From positions 1 through 53,512 of IMG/VR virus record IMGVR_UViG_3300020156_000445: a DNA stretch of 53,512 nucleotides; one strand, 5' to 3'. A model generated the notes under the pieces. The model saw only the letters and a program-made list of their open reading frames with translations. It did not search any database and was not told the origin of the DNA. This document shows, piece by piece, positions 1 to 8,415 of the stretch (position 1 is its first letter; every line of letters starts with the position of its first letter). The position numbers were made by a program, and so were the translations under genes. The stretch comes from a virus. Lineage: Duplodnaviria; Caudoviricetes.

Positions 1-1494
1 TCACGTTCGTTGTCGCGCTCCACCCATCACCTCGTTCACCTTCTCCTGAACTTGGAGAGGTGTGGCTTTGGGGTTCGTCTCGGCCCATGTGAGCATTTCG
101 ACGGAGAACACCTGTTGCGCCTCAAGAACCTTCTTCGGCTCCTTGAGGAACTGGATGGTCGGGCCGTTGACCAAGGCATCCATGCGCATCATGGCGTTGC
201 GCACGGACGGGGTGCCGAGGATGTTGTGTTCCTTCGACGCGGACTGTGCGACTTGCATCGCGTGGACCACCTGGGATCGCGGAATGTCGCCGCTGGAGAT
301 GGCATAATACACATCCGCCATGGGGTCCTTTGATGTCCCCATGAAGACATCCCGCATTGCCGTGTAGTAGCGGATCGGATCGAGCCTGTCCTTCTCCGCC
401 TCCAAGTTCTTCCGCATCTGGAACACCCTGAACTGAATGTCCGGGTCAGCCTTGGCGGCGTTCTGATACCACTCCTTCCCGAACTCGAAATTCGGGTTCT
501 CCATCAGCTTTTCGATGGCGAACGACATGTTGCGCCCTGCGGCGTCCCTCTTGGCACGGTTGGAGCGAGCCTCAAGGATCTGTTCGGCCTGGAGCTGGCG
601 GTTCAGGATGGTTTGCTCGGCGCGGGCGATGGCATCGCGCCCCTTGGCGGTCAGGCCAGGGCCGGGGGTGCCGTCCGCACGCTTCGCCTTCAGCACCTCA
701 AGGAGCCGGGTGTCCTGCATCTCGATTGCCTTGGTGGTTACGATGTCCACCATGGCGTTGTTGATGTCGGCCCCCTTCACACCCAGGAAGCGGTTTCGCT
801 GGGTGATCTCGTTGACCTCGTTCATCAGCTCATCGGCGGTAATGTGCCGCTTCTGGGAACGGGCCTCGGCGTACTTGCGGTCGAAGGTCTGCCCCACCTC
901 AACCTGCATCTGCTCAACCGCGCCCTTGTAGATGCGATCAGCGGAATACGCGGCGTGTGTCTGGGTCAGGTTGTTGGTGATGCGGTTGATCTCGGGCATC
1001 AACCCGGCGCGGACATCGGGGTCCGACACGGCGTCCAGGCGGCCCTTGAAGAACTCCCGCATGAAACCGTTCAGGGCCTGGGGGTCATCGCTGTCCTTCC
1101 CCTGCCAGCCCTGATATTGCGCCAGGGCGTCGGCTTCCAAGTTCCGCCCGAGGTTCCGCCCCCATTGCTCCTTGTAGCCCTTCACGAACCACGGGGATTG
1201 CGTCGGGTGTATCACCCCCTGTTCGATGGCTTGGTTGTACTCCACCATCGACTTCAGGGCAGAGGCCCGGCCCTCCTCCACGTCCTGCTGCACCTTCTCG
1301 GCCTTCATGTCGTCCAAGTAGGCGTTGATGGTCGGGCGGTATTCGGCCAGGGCCTTCCCGAGGGAGAGGAGCGGGTTGGACGCCTGGGGTTGACGCACGG
1401 CAACCATGGTGTTGACCGGCCGCGCGTAGGTCTGGAGGACTTCAAAGGGTTGAAGGTCGGGGACCTGAACGCGACCACGGAAGTCATCAGCCAT
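1..1494 (-). CDS. Putative T7-like (Autographiviridae) internal virion/ejection protein, gp15-like; 3' end beyond window
   Basis: AGGAG RBS before ATG 1494 (MADDFRG); long helical protein with N-terminal NPLLSLGKALAEYRPTI and QSPWFVKGY segments resembling T7-like internal virion proteins; no stop within window. Confidence 0.5.
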   Translation of the reverse strand: MADDFRGRVQVPDLQPFEVLQTYARPVNTMVAVRQPQASNPLLSLGKALAEYRPTINAYLDDMKAEKVQQDVEEGRASALKSMVEYNQAIEQGVIHPTQSPWFVKGYKEQWGRNLGRNLEADALAQYQGWQGKDSDDPQALNGFMREFFKGRLDAVSDPDVRAGLMPEINRITNNLTQTHAAYSADRIYKGAVEQMQVEVGQTFDRKYAEARSQKRHITADELMNEVNEITQRNRFLGVKGADINNAMVDIVTTKAIEMQDTRLLEVLKAKRADGTPGPGLTAKGRDAIARAEQTILNRQLQAEQILEARSNRAKRDAAGRNMSFAIEKLMENPNFEFGKEWYQNAAKADPDIQFRVFQMRKNLEAEKDRLDPIRYYTAMRDVFMGTSKDPMADVYYAISSGDIPRSQVVHAMQVAQSASKEHNILGTPSVRNAMMRMDALVNGPTIQFLKEPKKVLEAQQVFSVEMLTWAETNPKATPLQVQEKVNEVMGGARQRT

Positions 1495-1771
1495 TGCCGT
1501 TCTCCTCATGGGCGAACTTGGGTTCGCTGTACTTGGCGAAGCGCGGGCCGATGTCGTCGTTCTCGCGAACGGTCATCTTGGCGGCCATGGCGATGCTGCG
1601 GATGGTCAACACGGCGGTGTCGCCACGCTGGACGACAAGCCCCCTGTCGCCGTGTCCGGCGTCCAGAAGGCGACGGCACAGGCTGAAGATGGGGCACCCT
1701 CTGGACGGGGCGGACGACACCCCCAGGGAGGGGACGCTACAGGTGTTCCCTGTGAGTTGAGCGATGAGCAT
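1487..1771 (-). CDS. Small phage hypothetical protein (94 aa)
   Basis: GGAG RBS; stop overlaps next start; CRRLLDAG..RGDT..RSI..AAKMTVRE..GPRFAKY looks like genuine phage protein sequence. Confidence 0.6.
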   Translation of the reverse strand: MLIAQLTGNTCSVPSLGVSSAPSRGCPIFSLCRRLLDAGHGDRGLVVQRGDTAVLTIRSIAMAAKMTVRENDDIGPRFAKYSEPKFAHEENGNG

Positions 1772-1834
1772 GGTTCTCCGTTTCCGACACCGAGGACGGT
1801 GCAGATTGCTGTCTGCTGGATTGGGGATGGGGAC

Positions 1835-1853
1835 AGGTGCAGTGACTGCACCT
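1835..1853. promoter_or_regulatory. Palindrome AGGTGCAGTGACTGCACCT (copy 1 of 3)
   Basis: Perfect 9-bp arms around one central base; core GTGCAGTSACTGCAC recurs at 2055-2069 and 3205-3221. Confidence 0.6.
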
Positions 1854-1967
1854 AAGGGGACACTGAAGAGGGAGTTAGGTAGGAGAAGAAGAGGGGTAGA
1901 ACGTAGGTGTCACCTGAAGAGACACTTAAGGGAAAACTTCGGTGGATACCTATGCTGAACCCTGGGG

Positions 1968-1990
1968 TCTCCCTGAAGGTGCAGGGCAAT
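1968..1990 (-). promoter_or_regulatory. Putative single-subunit phage RNAP promoter ATTGCCCTGCACCTTCA-GGGAGA
   Basis: 17-nt element followed by GGGAGA and preceded by an AT-rich run, the layout of T7/T3 promoters; 16/17 identical copy at 2772-2788. Confidence 0.5.
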
Positions 1991-2054
1991 TAAATTACAA
2001 TCAGAGCTTCATCTTCAATCTTCCCAGAAGGCGCATCTCCGGGTTTCTGGATAT

Positions 2055-2069
2055 GTGCAGTCACTGCAC
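2055..2069. promoter_or_regulatory. Palindrome GTGCAGTCACTGCAC (copy 2)
   Basis: Perfect 7-bp arms, intergenic. Confidence 0.6.
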
Positions 2070-2196
2070 CTATGACCGATCCTTGGTCATTGGGGAGAGG
2101 GCATCCTCAGGGCGGGTGTAGGTTCATGCCGTGTCCTGCGCCACGAGGCACCTTGGCACCCAGAGGGCCGCGTGAACCACAAGGCCCCTCGTGGCG

Positions 2197-2730
2197 TCAA
2201 CCTGCACCACAGCCGTAGACCTCCAGCAACCGACACCGAGAGGGCCGCCGGGCCGCCAGCTTGTCGCGCTCATCCTGAAGACGCTGCACCTTCCGGTTCA
2301 GGATCTCCATGGCCTTCAGCACGAAGGCGTCTTCGTCCATCTCCCCGGAGCGGACCTTCTCCTGCCCAGCGATGTACCCGCCGTCCTTGCGGATGGAGGG
2401 GAGGACTTCGCGGGTCACCCAATCCTGAAACTGACGAACCACCGGGTTCGCGTTCGGGTGGGAACGGAGGATGAGCTTGTAGAGCCCGCTTTCGGAAATC
2501 AGGACGTAGGAGGGGGCGCGAACTCCCTCGAAAATTTCGAGACAGTCACGGCGGGTCACCACACGCTTCTCGTCGTCGTTGATGGACTGGAGGTAGCGAA
2601 CGGCACCGCCGTTTTGCAGGGAAAGCCCCAGGCAGCGGCACACGTCGTTCGCCACGAACCACGGGTTCCCGTCGATGGTGACGATGCGGACGCTGTTGTC
2701 GCGGAAGGCGAAAGTCTGAAGGGCGTTCAT
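2197..2730 (-). CDS. BRO-N domain antirepressor-like protein (C-terminus possibly truncated)
   Basis: VRIVTIDGNPWFVANDVCRCLGL, ISESGLYKLILRS, FQDWVTREVLPSIRKDGGY are hallmark Bro-N motifs; GAGG RBS. Confidence 0.9.
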   Translation of the reverse strand: MNALQTFAFRDNSVRIVTIDGNPWFVANDVCRCLGLSLQNGGAVRYLQSINDDEKRVVTRRDCLEIFEGVRAPSYVLISESGLYKLILRSHPNANPVVRQFQDWVTREVLPSIRKDGGYIAGQEKVRSGEMDEDAFVLKAMEILNRKVQRLQDERDKLAARRPSRCRLLEVYGCGAG

Positions 2731-2771
2731 GATGTTCCTCTCGGGTATCGAGTGCGAAGGTTCGCTTGAGG

Positions 2772-2788
2772 TGAAGGTGCAGGGGAAT
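2772..2788 (-). promoter_or_regulatory. Second copy of promoter-like motif ATTCCCCTGCACCTTCA upstream of the BRO gene
   Basis: 16/17 identity to 1974-1990, same strand, intergenic. Confidence 0.45.
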
Positions 2789-2933
2789 GTGCCCGCGCCC
2801 CCACACGTCCCCGCGTCCTATCGCGCCGATCCCCTCGCCCCTGCCCAGGGTAGTCGCGCGGCTCCGGTCCCATCCCGGCGGGCAACCTGCATAGCTCCCG
2901 TCGATGCCGCCCACGGTCACCAAGAGGTCAAGC

Positions 2934-3980
2934 CTACTCCGCCGCTGTCTCCAGCACCTTCACGGCGTCCGTCAGGTTATGCGGGGCCAGCATGGCGTAC
3001 CGCATGGTCATCTGCATGGTGGTGTGGCCCAGCCAGTCCCGGACGACCTCCAGGCGCACCCCGCGTTGCACCAGACGGGACGCGCAGGTGTGACGGCAGA
3101 TGTACGGGATGAAGTGCGGGTCCTTCGACAGGCCCATTCGGGAGCGGGCCTTGTCCCAGACATGCCGCATCCAATGGTTGTCGTAGGGGAACAGTTTTTC
3201 GGTCGGTGCAGTCACTGCACCAATCCGCCGCTCCATGATCTCCTTCACCCGCTTGGTCATCGGGACGGCGCGGGGCTTGTCCGTCTTGGTGACCCACATG
3301 GAGATAAGGCCCTGCTTCAGGTCCACGTCGCGGGCCTCCAGGCGCCATAGCTCCCCGTTCCGCATCCCCGTGTCTATGAGGACGGTCACCACGTCGGCAT
3401 GGTCGTCCTTCCCCCACTGCCTCAGGAGCCCGAGAAGGGACTTCTCCTCGGCCTCGGTGATCCACCGTAGCCGGGTCTGGCCTTCCTTCTGGCGCTCGAT
3501 CTTGGGGACCTCGGCCAAGAGCTTCTTGTCCTTCATGTGCCGAAGCATCTTGGACAGGACGGCCAGCTTGCGGTTGATGGTGGAACCTGAGTTCCCCTTC
3601 TCCTCACAAGCCGTGACGAACTCTTCCACCGCTTCCATGTCGATATGGGCGATGGGCTTGGAGGACCCGAAGTGTTCCTCAAGGGCCTTGTAGATCAGCT
3701 CGGTTTGCTTCCCCCAGGCGGTTCCCTTCCAGAACTTGGCGTGCGTCTGAGTGTAGGCGTCCTTGAGGGAAGTGCCCTTGCCGGTGAACGCGCGTTCCTC
3801 GTTCTTGGTCACGGGCGTAGGCCCCTTGGGTTCTGGCACGGGTTCTCCTGATTTCAGGGCATCCCTCACCTTCTGCTCGAATGCTTCGGCGTCCTCCTTG
3901 TTGACGAAGGTCGGGCGCAACCGCTTCCCTTGCGCCAAGATGTCCACCTGCCACGACTTTCCACGCTGGCGTACAGCCAT
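2934..3980 (-). CDS. int: Tyrosine recombinase/integrase resembling those of temperate T7-like phages
   Basis: DTGMRNGEL (catalytic R), TKT, YICRHTCASRL, WLGH, TMRYA; N-terminal arm MAVRQRGKSWQVDI. Confidence 0.92.
   Translation of the reverse strand: MAVRQRGKSWQVDILAQGKRLRPTFVNKEDAEAFEQKVRDALKSGEPVPEPKGPTPVTKNEERAFTGKGTSLKDAYTQTHAKFWKGTAWGKQTELIYKALEEHFGSSKPIAHIDMEAVEEFVTACEEKGNSGSTINRKLAVLSKMLRHMKDKKLLAEVPKIERQKEGQTRLRWITEAEEKSLLGLLRQWGKDDHADVVTVLIDTGMRNGELWRLEARDVDLKQGLISMWVTKTDKPRAVPMTKRVKEIMERRIGAVTAPTEKLFPYDNHWMRHVWDKARSRMGLSKDPHFIPYICRHTCASRLVQRGVRLEVVRDWLGHTTMQMTMRYAMLAPHNLTDAVKVLETAAE
3205..3221. promoter_or_regulatory. Palindrome GGTGCAGTCACTGCACC (copy 3) inside the integrase CDS
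   Basis: Perfect 8-bp arms; encodes GAVTAP. Confidence 0.5.
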
Positions 3981-4037
3981 GCTTTCACTCCGAAGTGTCT
4001 AAAGATTGATGACGGTGTGGGAAGTGGGCCGCGACAG

Positions 4038-4256
4038 TTACCGGCCGAGTTCACCGATGACGATCAAGAGGGGGCCAGCGTAGACGTAGACGCTTCCGAA
4101 GTCCTCTTCGTCACGGTGAATTGCCCAACGCTTCCCCTCGGGGTGAGCGAGTTCGGAGAACTGGCGCATGTACCCAGGCGCAAACCACAGGGTGCGGCCA
4201 CCAAACACAACGTGCGGCTGGGGCGTCGTCATGCCAAACGAAATCTGGAAAGTCAT
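4038..4256 (-). CDS. Small hypothetical protein (MTFQISFG...)
   Basis: GAGG RBS before internal ATG of the 4038..4331 ORF; no recognisable domain. Confidence 0.4.
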   Translation of the reverse strand: MTFQISFGMTTPQPHVVFGGRTLWFAPGYMRQFSELAHPEGKRWAIHRDEEDFGSVYVYAGPLLIVIGELGR

Positions 4257-4374
4257 AGGGTCCTCTTGGGTTGAGATGCCCGAAGGATTACCTCTAAAGA
4301 TAACAATTGCAACAACTTTAGTGTCCAACATGTGAAACGATGCTTGGGAAGTATAAGTTGTTGCCTTGATTGGT

Positions 4375-4953
4375 TTATCGGCTACATGTCATGCCCTGAG
4401 TTTCACATGTGAGACCATTGGGCCTCCCACGGCGCCACGCCACGAAGACCTTGATGAGCATGGCGCGGACCTCCTTGGCCCGCTCAGTGCGGGAGAGGGC
4501 GCAGACGAGGAGGGCCTGTTCCTCGTTCAGGTAGTAGGCCATCTCGGGACGACCGACGCGGCCATTGTGGATGCGCTGCATCCGCAATTCACCAAAGCCC
4601 TCCATTTCGTCACGGTGGGCGTCGATGATGTTCTGTCGAACCTTGCGCGGAACCGCCATGCCCAGGCGTTCCGCAAGTTCCACGTCAAGGACGCGGGGTT
4701 CGTCTTCGATGGTGTGAAGGGGGATGAGGTTGGGCTTGGCGGGCTCCACCGTCCCACGCTCGTAGGCGTCGAACTTCTTGATGACCTCAACGGTCACCTC
4801 GATAGCCGTGGGGGTTCCCGACTGGGTGGTGATGAAGATGGCCTGAGGCTTGTTCAGGTAGTAGAACGTGGGCGGACGGCCGGGGCCTCGGATTTCTCCC
4901 CGCCGAGGAGAAATGTCGCCGGGCGTCCGCCGGTTTGCACCCGGCAGGTGCAA
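4375..4953 (-). pseudogene. Rha/antirepressor-like DNA-binding protein with two tandem domains, the first 5'-truncated
   Basis: Repeated motif GRP..(F/A)YYLN..QA; second domain EPRVLDVELAERLG resembles the N-terminus of 40723..41565; no convincing start. Confidence 0.6.
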
Positions 4954-5096
4954 AGGGGGCCATTGTGGAGGCGGTGCCTCTGCAATTCACCGAAGCCCTC
5001 CAGTTCGGCCCGGTGGCGCGCTTCGACAGGCTATCCCTTCCCAGACACCTCCCGGCCGGTTACGCCGCTCCACGCCCTAAACCTGGGTAGCTGCCT

Positions 5097-6788
5097 TCAG
5101 TCCCCCGCCGGTTGCTCCTTGGTCACGTAGAGGTGCGACAGGTCCAGGCCAGGGTAGGCAATTGCTTTGATCTTTTCCGCAAGAGTGCTGGCCCTGAGCC
5201 CTGAGCCGTAGTCATCATCAACGGAACCTCCTTCCCACCCTCCCAGCGCCAGCACTACGTCGCGAGAAAACCCTGCTTCTCGCATTGCGTCCCGATAGTT
5301 GTGACGGAAGGAGTGAAAGGTGGTTTTCTTTGTATAAGAATTTGCTGATTTAAGGAACCGCCCATACCACTTTGAGAATGGGTCAGAGTAATATGCGTTA
5401 GCACCAAGCGGAAGATCTGGGAACAAGCGTGCATTCTTGGCCTTGCGCTGCTCTTCAACGAACTCAAGGAAGCCGATCTTGACCAACTCGGGATGAACAG
5501 GAACGTAACGTTCACCAGCATCTGTTTTCACTCGCTTCTTGTCCCCTTCATCACCCCCTTCGGGATCTTCCTGAATGAGAATGCAGGTTGTTCCGTCAAT
5601 GGTAGTTACGTCAGACGTGAGAAGCTGACAGCATTCGTTGAGTCGCATCCCCGAATACAAGGAAATGAGGGGGACCCAGAAACGCCCCCGACGCGGGCGC
5701 GACGGTCCCGCCTGGGCGTATCCCTCTCGATCATTCAGACACCCAACGTATAGAGGGGTGGAGAAGATGGTGGTGAGCTGCTCGGTGCTAAATGGCTTCT
5801 TCTTGTCTTTGCCCCTTCTATTGTCCTGAACGCGGAGCCCCGTTGCTGGGTTCTTTTCCGCAATGTCCTCTTGCACGGCCCAGTTGAACAGAGAGGCTAG
5901 GTTGTTCAGATAGCTATTGATGGAGGTGGCCGACATAGGCTCGATACCATGCGCCTCTGCATGTTTCGCCACCTCCTCCAGTGACATTCCGGGAAAACGC
6001 TTGGTCGCGTTGGGAGGAACCTTGGTGAGGGTGCTTTGCAGTCTTCGGCAATCGTCGCGCGTGATGTCCCGGACAGGCTTGTTCCCTCCCAGGGCCTCCT
6101 TGAGGAGGCGGAAGATAACTCGATAGCCGTCCTTGGTTTTGCCCGACAGGCCCGCGCGTTCCGGCGCATCCATGTACCGGTCTATCAGGTCTTCAAGAGT
6201 GACCTTGACGGGGGCGGCGGGGGCGGGGGATGGGGTTTCGACAACCCTACCGGCATGACGGGCCTTCATCATGTCGTTGGCCGTCACGCTGGCCTTCAGC
6301 ATGGCGCGGGCAACTCGCTGGTAGGGCTGCGAGCCCTTGGAGGCGGAGAGTCCGTGCTGCCTTAGGATTTCCTCAACCTCGAAATCCAGATGATCGGTTC
6401 GCCCGGTGGCGAGCGCGTAGCCCATCCCGGCTTCCACTACGCTCAACGTTTCCGCGATCTCCTCATAGGACTTGTCATCGAGCCCCTCTCGGCGGATCTC
6501 CTCGTCCTCCTCCATCACGGACGAGAGCCACAAGGTCGCGAGTCGGGTGGCTTCAGCCTCGGAGATGTCGTCTTCCGTGCCCTGGTGTCGCTTGCGGGCG
6601 GCGTCAAGCTGTTGGTCAACTTTCAGGCTTTCAGCCTTGACCAGCCGCGCGGCTTCTTTGGGGTCTTTGGTTCGTAGGCTCTGCCAAATCTCCGTCTTGC
6701 CGATCTCCTTGCGAAGATCCTCGGGTACGGAGACGCGGAGATAGTACACGCCGTTGCGGCGGTGGAGGCGGGTGTGACGCGGCATCAT
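5097..6788 (-). CDS. int: Island tyrosine integrase with N-terminal DUF6538-like arm
   Basis: RRNGVYYLRVSVPEDLR..EIWQSLRTKD N-terminus; YSGMRLNEC, VKT, FHSFRH; immediately downstream of tRNA 3' fragment. Confidence 0.92.
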   Translation of the reverse strand: MMPRHTRLHRRNGVYYLRVSVPEDLRKEIGKTEIWQSLRTKDPKEAARLVKAESLKVDQQLDAARKRHQGTEDDISEAEATRLATLWLSSVMEEDEEIRREGLDDKSYEEIAETLSVVEAGMGYALATGRTDHLDFEVEEILRQHGLSASKGSQPYQRVARAMLKASVTANDMMKARHAGRVVETPSPAPAAPVKVTLEDLIDRYMDAPERAGLSGKTKDGYRVIFRLLKEALGGNKPVRDITRDDCRRLQSTLTKVPPNATKRFPGMSLEEVAKHAEAHGIEPMSATSINSYLNNLASLFNWAVQEDIAEKNPATGLRVQDNRRGKDKKKPFSTEQLTTIFSTPLYVGCLNDREGYAQAGPSRPRRGRFWVPLISLYSGMRLNECCQLLTSDVTTIDGTTCILIQEDPEGGDEGDKKRVKTDAGERYVPVHPELVKIGFLEFVEEQRKAKNARLFPDLPLGANAYYSDPFSKWYGRFLKSANSYTKKTTFHSFRHNYRDAMREAGFSRDVVLALGGWEGGSVDDDYGSGLRASTLAEKIKAIAYPGLDLSHLYVTKEQPAGD

Positions 6789-6798
6789 AGCCCCACGA

Positions 6799-6819
6799 CT
6801 GTAGCACATGGCTGTAGCA
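6799..6819. repeat. CTGTAGCA direct repeat pair, putative arm-type sites of the left island integrase
   Basis: Two copies 13 bp apart between att core and int start. Confidence 0.45.
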
Positions 6820-6882
6820 GTCGCGGCGCAATTCCGGTGACCTATCAGTAACTTACTGATTTCCCTCAGGGCCAAGGGAAAA

Positions 6883-6896
6883 TGGCGGATGGGGTG
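6883..6896 (-). repeat. att core: duplicate of tRNA-Ser 3' end (TGGCGGATGGGGTG)
   Basis: Exact 14-bp match to 52509-52522, located between two integrases. Confidence 0.92.
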
Positions 6897-7026
6897 TCTT
6901 CCGAACACGCATTCTCCACCGTCCGTTTACGACCGCCGACACCGCTGAAAGGCGCGTAAAACCTCGCGTTTGCCATCCGTCACGTTCACGCTCGGTCGTT
7001 GACGTTCGCATGCAGCCGTGAAAAAG

Positions 7027-7047
7027 TGTGGGACGCAGTGTGGGACG
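7027..7047 (+). repeat. TGTGGGACG x2, integrase arm-type sites (left)
   Basis: 12-bp period; identical pair at 52433-52453. Confidence 0.8.
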
Positions 7048-7079
7048 CTGCGGTTCGACGGACGGCACGGGAGCGCGAC

Positions 7080-8294
7080 GTGGGCAGCCTGACAGCGGTG
7101 AAGGTGAAGGGCCTGAAAGAGCCGGGTCGGTACACGGATGGCGCCGGCCTGATGCTGGTCATCGGCAACGACGGCAGCCGGAAGTGGGTGCTGCGCGTCC
7201 AGGCCAACGGCAAGCGGCGCGACATCGGCCTGGGCTCTGCCAGCGACGTGAGCCTTGCCGACGCACGCGACGCCGCGACGGAGATGCGCAAGGCGATTCG
7301 GGAGGGCCGCGACCCGGTGGCCGAACAGCGGGCCGCCAAGGCTGCCGCAGAGGCGCCGGCGATTCCCACCTTCAAGAAGGCGGCGATCGAGGTGCACGCC
7401 GAACACGCGCCATCCTGGAAGAACCCGAAGCACGCGGCGCAGTGGCTGACCACCTTGGAGCGCTACGTCTTCCCGGCGTTCGGCGACCGGCTGGTGGACG
7501 AGATCACCGGGCCGATGATCCGCGACGTGTTGGCGCCGATCTGGCTGGAGGTCCCGGAGACGGCGCGGCGCATTCGGCAGAGGATCGGTACCGTCCTCGA
7601 CTGGGCGCACGCCAAGGGCTACAGGCCAGCGGAAGCGCCCATGCGGTCGGTGACCAAGGGCCTGCCGAAGCAGGCGAAGGGGCAAGAGCACTTCGCCGCT
7701 CTTCCCTGGGCTGACGTGCCCGACTTCATCGCCCGGCTGCGCGAGACCGATAAGACCGGCCCCATGGTCAAGCTGCTGTTCGAGTTCCTGATCATCACCG
7801 CGGTGCGCAGCGGCGAGGTGCGCGGTGCGCGGTGGAACGAGTTCGACACCGACGCGCGGCTTTGGACCATCCCCAAGGAGCGGATGAAGGCCAAGAAGGT
7901 GCACGTTGTGCCGCTGTCGGACAGGGCGATGCAGATCCTCGAAGAGGCCGGCAAGGCGCGCACCAGCGAATCGGACGATGCGTTCGTGTTCCAGGGCACG
8001 AAGCCCGGCCGGCCCTTGTCGGACATGACGCTGACGATGCCGCTTCGGCGCATGGGCATCGAGGCGACCGCACATGGCTTCCGGTCGTCGTTCCGGGATT
8101 GGGCCAGCGAGGCGACCAACTTCCCGAACGAGGTGGCAGAGGCTGCCCTTGCGCACGCGGTCAGGGACCGCACGGAAGCTGCCTACCGGCGCGGCGACCT
8201 GCTGGAGAAGCGGCGGAAGATGATGGACGCCTGGGCTGCCTTCTGCGAGGGGCGCCGGGGCAAGGTTGTGCCCATGGCCCGCAAGAGGGCCTGA
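7080..8294 (+). CDS. int: P4/IntA-family prophage integrase
   Basis: PGRYTDGAGLMLVI arm domain, TAVRSGEVRGARWNE, HGFRSSFRDW, ALAH, AYRRGDLLEKRRKMMDAW; GTG start with RBS. Confidence 0.96.
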   Translation: MGSLTAVKVKGLKEPGRYTDGAGLMLVIGNDGSRKWVLRVQANGKRRDIGLGSASDVSLADARDAATEMRKAIREGRDPVAEQRAAKAAAEAPAIPTFKKAAIEVHAEHAPSWKNPKHAAQWLTTLERYVFPAFGDRLVDEITGPMIRDVLAPIWLEVPETARRIRQRIGTVLDWAHAKGYRPAEAPMRSVTKGLPKQAKGQEHFAALPWADVPDFIARLRETDKTGPMVKLLFEFLIITAVRSGEVRGARWNEFDTDARLWTIPKERMKAKKVHVVPLSDRAMQILEEAGKARTSESDDAFVFQGTKPGRPLSDMTLTMPLRRMGIEATAHGFRSSFRDWASEATNFPNEVAEAALAHAVRDRTEAAYRRGDLLEKRRKMMDAWAAFCEGRRGKVVPMARKRA

Positions 8295-8415
8295 GATCTT
8301 GCCCGGCGCTGCCGGGCTACGGAACCGGCGGGGATAGGATGGCCCCCGACAAGCGCGGCACTCCGCCCGCGCTTCCCCGCCGGCCTGCAAGCGGAAATGC
8401 CCTGCGGAGAGGGTT

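Larger units (their letters stand above)
1..6882 (-). mobile_element. Second integrative island (partial, continues beyond left edge); T7-like satellite or prophage remnant
   Basis: Begins right after the displaced tRNA-Ser 3' fragment (6883-6896) with its own integrase; all plausible genes on the minus strand; carries a second integrase, BRO and Rha-like genes and a virion-ejection-like protein. Confidence 0.7.
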
